From the sequence record LC727701.1: a DNA stretch of 64,000 bases. One strand, written 5' to 3'. A program made the translations under genes and the position numbers. Shown one piece after another: positions 57,176 to 64,000 of the stretch (the stretch's first letter is position 1; the number at the start of each line of letters is the position of its first letter). The notes beneath the pieces were generated by a model. That model did not search any database, was not told the origin of the DNA, and worked only from the letters and a program-made list of their open reading frames with translations.

Positions 57176-57493
57176 ATGCTTTCCATTATCGGTAATGTTG
57201 TAAAAACTGGTCTCATGCTGGCTGGTACCATCTATGTGTTCGAAGTCAGTGTGACTGTTTATAATGAGATTAAATTAGAAAAGAATATCCGTGAAAAAGT
57301 AAAGGACTATTCCGATTATATCAAATCTAATTCAGATAATACCACCGTGGAAGTAATGACGGACTTTATTGAAGTAGAGCTTATATACGTTATTAATGAT
57401 GGATTGGATATGTTTAACACCATCAGTGATAAACATCGAATTAAATCAAAAATCCGTAACTGGATTAAGGATGCAATTAACAATGAACTCTAA
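57176..57493 (+). CDS. Early protein with an N-terminal membrane anchor
   Basis: AATAGG leader; TGLMLAGTIYVFEV. Confidence 0.7.
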   Translation: MLSIIGNVVKTGLMLAGTIYVFEVSVTVYNEIKLEKNIREKVKDYSDYIKSNSDNTTVEVMTDFIEVELIYVINDGLDMFNTISDKHRIKSKIRNWIKDAINNEL

Positions 57494-57923
57494 GCTATCT
57501 CTTACATTAGGGATGGTAAGTGGAGCCGTACTCGGTAAGCTTGCTTGGGATTCTAGAGAAAAACTCTATGAATTCTATTATGGACGAATTATTATCCATA
57601 AACTGAAAGCTTATCAAAAGACCATGGATGTCGATAAACTACCGTTCCATCCAGCAACAGCAATGGCCCATTATCTTAAGGCTAGCATTAATGCATCCAA
57701 GGAGACACTTGTGTCACTGGATCTTCTTGAGAGCATTAATGAAGTAGGGCTTAAATATATTGAATCAGTGCGATGCCGTTATGATACTGCATGGCAAATG
57801 AGTCTGCACAGGAGGCTTGTCAAACGGCAGAAAGAGATTGAAGAAGAGAATCGTCGTATCGAAGAAGAAGAACGACGTAATCGGAAACAACTTGATCTGT
57901 TCGATGATGTGTCAGATGTGTAA
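57483..57923 (+). CDS. Early protein with a hydrophobic N-terminus and charged C-terminal coil
   Basis: LSLTLGMVSGAVLGKLAW; ATG 57483 overlaps the previous gene. Confidence 0.7.
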   Translation: MNSKLSLTLGMVSGAVLGKLAWDSREKLYEFYYGRIIIHKLKAYQKTMDVDKLPFHPATAMAHYLKASINASKETLVSLDLLESINEVGLKYIESVRCRYDTAWQMSLHRRLVKRQKEIEEENRRIEEEERRNRKQLDLFDDVSDV

Positions 57924-57930
57924 CTGATAA

Positions 57931-57958
57931 TGGGAGTCTTCGGACTCCCTTTTATTTT
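57931..57958 (+). terminator. Rho-independent terminator
   Basis: GGGAGTC-TTCG-GACTCCC-TTTTATTTT. Confidence 0.8.
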
Positions 57959-58010
57959 CTACATCGTATTATTTTTTAATCACTTCAATAAACGTAAATA
58001 GGTATACAAA

Positions 58011-58367
58011 ATGAATATTGATAAAGTATCACTCTGTCTTGGTATTTTTGTTGGTTCAGTTACAATGTGTGCAGTTGGTAAAATCTATCATAAAACTGTT
58101 ATTGATGTAAAAATCAATAAGTTGCGTAATGCTGCTTCAGTGTCTAATGAAATTCTTACAATGCTTTCTAAGCGTGCCTCTGTTATTCGCGCTGAGGTTA
58201 TGCCAACCGCAGAAGACTTTATCGATTGTGAAGGTAAAGTACACAACAAACTCACTGAAGAGTTACAGGACATCGTCGCTGGTTTTAAAGTAGCGCCTGA
58301 ACACGGGGCTAGTGTTAATACACGTATTAATGATTGGTTCCTACAAACGTTCCCAACTGTTTACTAA
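58011..58367 (+). CDS. Early protein with an N-terminal membrane anchor
   Basis: AATAGG leader; SLCLGIFVGSVTMCAVGKIY. Confidence 0.7.
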   Translation: MNIDKVSLCLGIFVGSVTMCAVGKIYHKTVIDVKINKLRNAASVSNEILTMLSKRASVIRAEVMPTAEDFIDCEGKVHNKLTEELQDIVAGFKVAPEHGASVNTRINDWFLQTFPTVY

Positions 58368-58377
58368 TAGGTGATAT

Positions 58378-58800
58378 ATGTCAAAAGTAGTATTTCCTAA
58401 TGGTCTACTAATAGCGCTCATGCAAAACTTCGATCACACTCTCGAATGTTTTGATCATGATGTTAGTGTTTTTAAAAAGGCACTCAGTGACCTAGATAAT
58501 AAAATTAAAGGTGGTATTAAGTCACTTGATAATGATTACCCTAATGCTAAAATTGCATTAGAACGCATTCTTGAAGAACTTTTTAAAAGAGGATTACATA
58601 TCCCTGGGCCTTCTGGAAAAGCATTTGTCATTGAAAAAGTTCACATTGTAGATAGCACAGGTGTGGCTAAGGCATACCGTGTCAGTTACAATGATGAAAA
58701 AGCTATGCCTGAATATGTATCAGCCGATAATGTATGGGGTGCACTAATTTCATATCAAAAACGTAGTCGTAGTGCAAATCCATTCAAACCAACTGCGTGA
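58378..58800 (+). CDS. Hypothetical protein
   Basis: 140 aa with AATAGGTG leader. Confidence 0.7.
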   Translation: MSKVVFPNGLLIALMQNFDHTLECFDHDVSVFKKALSDLDNKIKGGIKSLDNDYPNAKIALERILEELFKRGLHIPGPSGKAFVIEKVHIVDSTGVAKAYRVSYNDEKAMPEYVSADNVWGALISYQKRSRSANPFKPTA

Positions 58801-58871
58801 AAAGGATCTGATGGTTAAAGCCATAATCCATTATCGTATTACATAATACCTGCAAAAGAAGGAATAAGTCA

Positions 58872-59123
58872 ATGAGCGAATCTAAAGAAGTTATCAACAT
58901 GGTGGAATGTTTTATCAGTGAATCTTACATGGAGCCAGGTGTTGACCACAATCGTCGGATTTTGATGCGTGAATACGGGATCAACCCTAACAGCGGTATA
59001 CCACTTCGGGGGAACTGGGTTCTGCGTAACATGCTCACTGGGGAATTTATCGACAATGATAAATACCTCAACGATATTGTTGAACGTAATTCCATCCAAT
59101 TCGAACGCAATACCTTCGTCTAG
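58872..59123 (+). CDS. Hypothetical protein, REYGINP paralog 1
   Basis: AAGGA RBS; shares a motif with 60117-60392. Confidence 0.7.
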   Translation: MSESKEVINMVECFISESYMEPGVDHNRRILMREYGINPNSGIPLRGNWVLRNMLTGEFIDNDKYLNDIVERNSIQFERNTFV

Positions 59124-59158
59124 CTATAATTAATCCAAATCTGAAAATAGGTCAAACC

Positions 59159-59542
59159 ATGAACGAACACATTCAAAAGAAAATCAACCAGGGTACTGGC
59201 AGACTGGCTATGTGCAACTTCGACAAAATGAACTATGTTCAGGGTCGTGAGTACTATGCCATCTCAGATAGTGGTTTACTTGAACAAATCGTTGCTCTAT
59301 GCGCAGTTCAGTGGCCTCAGGAAATGGCCAACTACCTGCATGATGAAAGCGCTCTGTTCTGGGCTCTTTTCGACCGTGGTATCGTAGCTGATGGTAAACC
59401 TCGCGCCGACCGTAAAGACTTCATCTACGAACGCCTTGGTTTCATCCACAAGAAGAAGTTCAAAAAATACGGCTTGTCTATTCTACAGCGTGCGCGCACC
59501 CGCTCGATGGCTAGTTTTGAGAAAGCTCAAGAGACTTGCTGA
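59159..59542 (+). CDS. Hypothetical protein (C-ending, host-like codons)
   Basis: 127 aa with AATAGG leader. Confidence 0.7.
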   Translation: MNEHIQKKINQGTGRLAMCNFDKMNYVQGREYYAISDSGLLEQIVALCAVQWPQEMANYLHDESALFWALFDRGIVADGKPRADRKDFIYERLGFIHKKKFKKYGLSILQRARTRSMASFEKAQETC

Positions 59543-59577
59543 GCTATGCTGCAACACCAATACGAGGATCGTTAATT

Positions 59578-60075
59578 ATGAACCGCATGATTCCTGCAAA
59601 TGAGCGTGACAGTGAACTCAGTCTCTATGGCTATTTGACCTCTGTTGTAACTGGTGGGGTTGCTTGGGATTATAACCCTATCGTTCTGCTGGAGAAGATG
59701 TGTAATCGTGATGATGAGGCCATCTGCATGGGTGAACCCAATTACGATCAATTACGTTTGATCGGTGCAAGGGGTATGTTCGAACAGATCTCTGAAAACA
59801 TCCTGTCTCGCAATGAACAAATCATGGATGGTGTTCGTGATTTCTTCAAAGATGGTCTCCAGTTGAAAACCAATGTAGATGACATGTTGGTGAGACTGAA
59901 TTATCAAACTGTGCATAACGGGACTGATATGGGTGAGGTGATCATGGTAAACTTGTTCAAAAAAATTGATGGTGATTATGTGGTTGCTCATAAGTGCACA
60001 TATGACCCTCAAGATTGGAAACATGCGTTATATTACTTCACCAATGCCTCCATGATCAGTCAAAAACAAAAATAA
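59578..60075 (+). CDS. Hypothetical protein
   Basis: GAGG RBS before ATG 59578. Confidence 0.7.
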   Translation: MNRMIPANERDSELSLYGYLTSVVTGGVAWDYNPIVLLEKMCNRDDEAICMGEPNYDQLRLIGARGMFEQISENILSRNEQIMDGVRDFFKDGLQLKTNVDDMLVRLNYQTVHNGTDMGEVIMVNLFKKIDGDYVVAHKCTYDPQDWKHALYYFTNASMISQKQK

Positions 60076-60116
60076 ATATCATGCATATCCCTTCAGGTAA
60101 TTTTAGAGAGGTTATT

Positions 60117-60392
60117 ATGAGCAATAAAGATGTATCAATGATCCCAGTTTATGAAAATCACTTTGTCACTACTGGTGCTACTCCACGACATGAAGCAATT
60201 GTGGTATGTCGTGAATATGGTATTAATCCATTAGATGATGCACCATTTCGGGGTTCATGGGTGATGCGCTACCGAGAGACTGGAAAATTCATTGATTGTT
60301 CCAGGGATATTGATGATTTAGCTAAGAAATATAATCTGACCATTCATAAACCAACCATTGAATTATACACCAGCACGTATATTGGTCAATAG
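60117..60392 (+). CDS. Hypothetical protein, REYGINP paralog 2
   Basis: GAGG RBS before ATG 60117. Confidence 0.7.
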   Translation: MSNKDVSMIPVYENHFVTTGATPRHEAIVVCREYGINPLDDAPFRGSWVMRYRETGKFIDCSRDIDDLAKKYNLTIHKPTIELYTSTYIGQ

Positions 60393-60437
60393 AAAAAAAC
60401 CACCCTATATAAGGGTGGTTTATAAAAGAGGTGAAAT

Positions 60438-60701
60438 ATGCATAAACTTAATCCTGGTTGTTATCCATTAACTATAAATCCTAATGGTAAGTTTCTGAAT
60501 AAAGACGATTTACGGAATCTTCCCAATGGGATTTATGTAACTTCTCCGTTACATGGTCCTAGGGTATATAGCCATGATCGACGCGTTATGGTTGATGGTG
60601 ATTATTGTTATCTAATCACTGCACCGAACATAAAATTCAAGGTAAGTGATTTCTTTAAATATAATGTAGTTTATTATCCGAGCATTTACCTCAAGAGGTA
60701 A
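60438..60701 (+). CDS. Hypothetical protein, NLPxG/HGP paralog 1
   Basis: GAGGTG RBS. Confidence 0.7.
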   Translation: MHKLNPGCYPLTINPNGKFLNKDDLRNLPNGIYVTSPLHGPRVYSHDRRVMVDGDYCYLITAPNIKFKVSDFFKYNVVYYPSIYLKR

Positions 60702-60708
60702 TAAATAA

Positions 60709-60993
60709 ATGGCAAACGAATGCACTCCCGGTGTCTGGGATACACTAGTTGACTCGACAAAAGAAACTGAAAACCTACGTATCCGTTCCCAACTCATGCG
60801 GGCTCTCACCCGTACTATAAAGGGCTGGGATCTTCCGCAAAAAGACGCTGCTGCTCGCCTACATGTTACGCAACCGAGATTGAATGATCTTCTCAAAGGC
60901 AAGATTGACAAGTTCTCTCTAGACGCCCTGGTAAACCTACTGGACGCGGCTGATCTGACTCTTGAGATATCAGTGATCCCACGTGCAGTATAA
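60709..60993 (+). CDS. XRE-family helix-turn-helix protein, HigA-like antitoxin type
   Basis: QKDAAARLHVTQPRLNDLLKGKIDKFSLDALV is a typical XRE/HigA-type HTH signature. Confidence 0.82.
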   Translation: MANECTPGVWDTLVDSTKETENLRIRSQLMRALTRTIKGWDLPQKDAAARLHVTQPRLNDLLKGKIDKFSLDALVNLLDAADLTLEISVIPRAV

Positions 60994-61056
60994 ACCATGG
61001 GGACGCAGCTTGATACGGCCACCGGGTGGTTTCATGACAGCAAGGAAATAAAGAAA

Positions 61057-61284
61057 ATGACAACTGATAAAAAGTTTAGCATTAAAGAACTCGGATGGGA
61101 AAAAGCCACTAATCTACCCGATGGTGAATACTACACTATTCCTAAACATGGACCACAAAACTGGCGGTATGATCGCAAGATTATCAAAACCAAGAACAGT
61201 GTAAAACTGGTAAATGAACCAGATTATAGCTGGTCAGCCCCATTCTTTTTCGAGGCAAATAACTTGTTAATCGAAGAACCATGA
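61057..61284 (+). CDS. Hypothetical protein, NLPxG/HGP paralog 2
   Basis: AAGGA RBS before ATG 61057. Confidence 0.65.
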   Translation: MTTDKKFSIKELGWEKATNLPDGEYYTIPKHGPQNWRYDRKIIKTKNSVKLVNEPDYSWSAPFFFEANNLLIEEP

Positions 61285-61442
61285 CTATGAAACGATCACC
61301 AGGTTATTTTAAAAGAGTAGTAAAAGAACTAACTGAGCGAGAGAATATTATACATCAGAAAGTTCTTAAATACATCAATGATAATCCGAATATTTCTTAT
61401 AAAGAAGCACGTCAGATAGTAACTAAGGAGATTATAAAGTGA
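61281..61442 (+). CDS. 53-aa basic protein (not in ORF track)
   Basis: ATGA and GTGA overlaps couple it to both neighbours. Confidence 0.6.
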   Translation: MTMKRSPGYFKRVVKELTERENIIHQKVLKYINDNPNISYKEARQIVTKEIIK

Positions 61443-61651
61443 CTATTTCAATTCCTGCATCAGTTCGTGGTGAGTTTGGAATTTATTACAAAAATAATAA
61501 GAATCTTCGACTGGGTCAGGCATGGCATAATTACATGCGTCTTGAAAATATCCAAAATGAAATGGATAAAGAATGGGCTGATAAACTCTGGAATGCTTCT
61601 GATAAAGAAGCAGCTGATATGGTTGATGAAGCCACTAATTGGACTATGTAA
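61439..61651 (+). CDS. Hypothetical protein
   Basis: GTG start with AAGGAG RBS; LRLGQAWHN motif. Confidence 0.7.
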   Translation: MTISIPASVRGEFGIYYKNNKNLRLGQAWHNYMRLENIQNEMDKEWADKLWNASDKEAADMVDEATNWTM

Positions 61652-61690
61652 CTAAACAATATTTACTATAGTAAATAAGGAGAAATACAA

Positions 61691-61834
61691 ATGACTAATG
61701 AAGAAATTATCGTAGATGAAAGTAAATGGGCCGATGACAGCGAGATGGTTGGCTGTAAACCAGTTGATCTGTTTATTGATTTTTACTGGGTAGAGCCCAC
61801 TCATCATACTCAAGAAGGAAAAGAGGATAATTAA
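61691..61834 (+). CDS. 47-aa acidic protein (not in ORF track)
   Basis: TAAGGAG RBS. Confidence 0.6.
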   Translation: MTNEEIIVDESKWADDSEMVGCKPVDLFIDFYWVEPTHHTQEGKEDN

Positions 61835-61835
61835 C

Positions 61836-62111
61836 ATGGGTGAATATACACAGAATGGTATTCGTCATTTTCGTCCGGATGATACCGAAGATACCTTTTA
61901 TATCTTGGGTGATTGTTATGTAGCCAATACTATCGCCGATATTATCGAGATGGCAACTAAGAAATGGGGTGATGGTATTACTCTTGATATGATTAATATC
62001 AGTACTGAATATATTCATACAAGTTGTCTAGGGTATGATGAGTACGACCCCAGCGATTACAGTAATTATTTATGCATCTCTCGTGTTAGGGAAACATCGC
62101 TGGTTAAATAA
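61836..62111 (+). CDS. Hypothetical protein
   Basis: GAGG RBS; C-terminal HTSCLGYDEYDPSDY motif. Confidence 0.7.
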   Translation: MGEYTQNGIRHFRPDDTEDTFYILGDCYVANTIADIIEMATKKWGDGITLDMINISTEYIHTSCLGYDEYDPSDYSNYLCISRVRETSLVK

Positions 62112-62124
62112 ATTAACGACATAA

Positions 62125-62152
62125 GCCCTCTCCTTCGGGAGAGGGCATTTAT
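62125..62152 (+). terminator. Terminator hairpin
   Basis: GCCCTCTCC-TTCG-GGAGAGGGC. Confidence 0.75.
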
Positions 62153-62276
62153 TCAGTTAAACTTTTAAGAATAAAAGAATTAGCCCTACTGCTGTAACAG
62201 TAGGGCTATATGCCGTTGAGTAAAAAATACTCAACATTTTCGCCCAAGTGGGCTTGGATTAACAAGAGGAACAATC

Positions 62277-62582
62277 ATGTTAATTCCAGTTACCGCTAAC
62301 AATGTTAGCCCTGACCTGCACAGAATGCAGGAAGTAGGTTTCTTTTTCAAGAGACCCGATGAATCAACCCATAGCATGTCGGTTGCGAAAACGCAAGCCG
62401 ATAATGTTATCCAATGTCGAGATCGTAGAGGTAACTTCATTGGTTATTGGGCTGGCCCTACAATAGGATACGTCAACAACGCAGGTTTAGCCGTATCCAT
62501 CAACCCCTTCGACAATTTCATAGTAACATACACTGACATGGATCAGAAGAAGTTCTATGTAACCGAAAGGAGAAGCCTATGA
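62277..62582 (+). CDS. Hypothetical protein
   Basis: GAGGA RBS; 101 aa. Confidence 0.7.
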   Translation: MLIPVTANNVSPDLHRMQEVGFFFKRPDESTHSMSVAKTQADNVIQCRDRRGNFIGYWAGPTIGYVNNAGLAVSINPFDNFIVTYTDMDQKKFYVTERRSL

Positions 62583-62589
62583 TAAACAA

Positions 62590-62632
62590 CCCCTCTCCTA
62601 AAGGAGAGGGACTTATCTGAATTCTTTTTTTT
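62590..62632 (+). terminator. Rho-independent terminator ending the rightward early block
   Basis: CCCTCTCC-TAAA-GGAGAGGG then a T8 run. Confidence 0.7.
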
Positions 62633-62639
62633 GTTTAAG

Positions 62640-63190
62640 TGAGAGCCGCCCGCTAAAGCGGCTCCCAAGTGGAGTTAAGTCTCCCGCTAAAGAGAAACTC
62701 CAGAATACATGGGGTAGCGACTCCTCATGTAGATATCCTAATTAATCTCTTTAGCTAGTAATCAATACCAGTTATCACTCGTTGATAATTGATTTGTTTA
62801 TTAGCTAATTTGACTTAATCAGAATGATCAATACATATTGTTAATAATCTAGTATATTATTACCAGTATCATTGAGTAATACTGGTAATCAAATATTACT
62901 CATGAATCTTACCTAATGTGGAACTGAGGAATCGGATCGCCCCGTAGGGGCTTTTATTTCATAATAAACTATACCGAAGGTATATCCTTATTCTAATAAT
63001 AAACAATATTAGCATTATTCTAATAGCGTTAGCTAATACATACTGTCTCCCTAAAAGGAGACACAGTATAGATTATATTTTTTTTAATTAAAAATAATAA
63101 GTCTAGAGATAGACTTTCTTTATGCCTTTAATACCTTCTAATTTGCTCTATAATCGATTTTATTCGTTATTCACTAGCATATTAGCCATA
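62640..63190. other. Hairpin-dense non-coding region (structured RNA or DNA cis-element)
   Basis: About ten inverted repeats in ~550 bp and no credible ORF. Confidence 0.55.
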
Positions 63191-63301
63191 CGACATAAAA
63201 GCCCTCCTAAGAGGGCTAAAATGCTTTATTTTTCATTAGTTGGATATAGGAGTACAATAGACTCTGCGCATACTTTAATAACTTGGATATTTTCACTGTC
63301 A

Positions 63302-63463
63302 TTATTTTTTTGATTGTTTATTTTTAACGCAGTATTCAAATTGTTGGGATTTGAGTTTATATACGTTATTGTTCTCTTCTCCCAGTATTCCTCCAAATAC
63401 CAATCCTAGGATAAATATTAATAAACCACCAATAAAGATAATATAAACATTACCATAGTACAT
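63302..63463 (-). CDS. Small TM-anchored protein (53 aa; possibly frameshift-truncated)
   Basis: MYYGNVYIIFIGGLLIFILGLVFGGILG...; TAATG-coupled to the upstream gene, AAGGAG RBS. Confidence 0.55.
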   Translation of the reverse strand: MYYGNVYIIFIGGLLIFILGLVFGGILGEENNNVYKLKSQQFEYCVKNKQSKK

Positions 63464-63464
63464 A

Positions 63465-63833
63465 TTACATTAACTCCTTTACATCATCTGGAATAGATTC
63501 ACACCGATCTAAATCCCAGTAGATGTGTGTATAGTGATCTTGGTTTACGATACTGATAAAATCCCCATTAGGATCGGGTAATGGTTTACGGATAATATCA
63601 ACGTAAATAGTGTAATATAAATAAAGATCACTGATGAGTTCATCAATGTTTAAATTATTACCCTCTGCATATTTCCCATATTTAAAATAATGGGCTTCTT
63701 CTGCTACAGCATAACGGATTTTATCGTAATTTTGTGATGCGGCATATACACGTGCAAATAGAGGGCGATTAAACTTTCTACATTCACTAATATTTTTTCT
63801 TAAAGTATTTACTAAATTATCAATTGCACTCAT
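63465..63833 (-). CDS. Hypothetical protein
   Basis: 122 aa with AATAGG leader on the minus strand. Confidence 0.7.
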   Translation of the reverse strand: MSAIDNLVNTLRKNISECRKFNRPLFARVYAASQNYDKIRYAVAEEAHYFKYGKYAEGNNLNIDELISDLYLYYTIYVDIIRKPLPDPNGDFISIVNQDHYTHIYWDLDRCESIPDDVKELM

Positions 63834-63858
63834 TTAGATTACCTATTAAAATTATAGT

Positions 63859-63884
63859 GCTCTCCCCGAAGGGAGAGCTTTATG
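63859..63884. terminator. Terminator-like hairpin
   Basis: GCTCTCCC-CGAA-GGGAGAGC-TTTATG. Confidence 0.65.
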
Positions 63885-64000
63885 TTGTTAATATCCCCAG
63901 TCATCTCCACCAGTGGCTTGCATATTGCTAAGACTTGGTACAAAGTCCATGTAATTGTTTTCTTCTTTATCGATATCCCATCTAATACCACCAATACGGT

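Noticed and set aside
62640-63216. CRISPR-like mini-array or tRNA cluster
   Set aside because: Only the 8-nt loop repeats; there are no regularly spaced identical repeats with spacers, and no cloverleaf with T/D-loop consensus.
63122-63313. 63-aa plus-strand ORF
   Set aside because: No RBS; it crosses a terminator hairpin and lies antisense to the leftward operon.

Overview
AT-rich segment of a nucleus-forming Pseudomonas jumbo phage (Chimalliviridae). Several proteins match my recollection of phiKZ proteins nearly residue for residue, and gene order follows phiKZ from about gp57 onward; gp numbers are assigned from that recall plus synteny counting, not from a database search. Left part: SbcD-like nuclease, ChmC (gp67), sigma-like nvRNAP subunit gp68, import factor PicA/Imp1 (gp69), gp70, nvRNAP beta-C gp71-73 split by a 307-nt ORF-less group I intron, nvRNAP beta'-C gp74, SF2 helicase gp75, virion RNAP subunit gp80 and the N-terminal half of the split family B DNA polymerase (gp82). 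Middle: virion, baseplate and inner-body genes (gp83-gp101). Right: early accessory operons with a macrodomain, an orphan HigA-like HTH, paralogous small proteins and a hairpin-dense non-coding region. No tRNA, rRNA or CRISPR array was seen. Best leads: (1) a lambda G/GT-style -1 frameshift at a T7 run joining gp77 to a start-less downstream frame; (2) a hidden ATA-initiated NADAR-like ORF that, with the macrodomain and HigA-like gene, suggests an orphan-antitoxin anti-defence set; (3) a recurrent CATA-hairpin-TATG cassette; (4) a structured, possibly pseudoknotted non-coding element at 62.6-63.2 kb.
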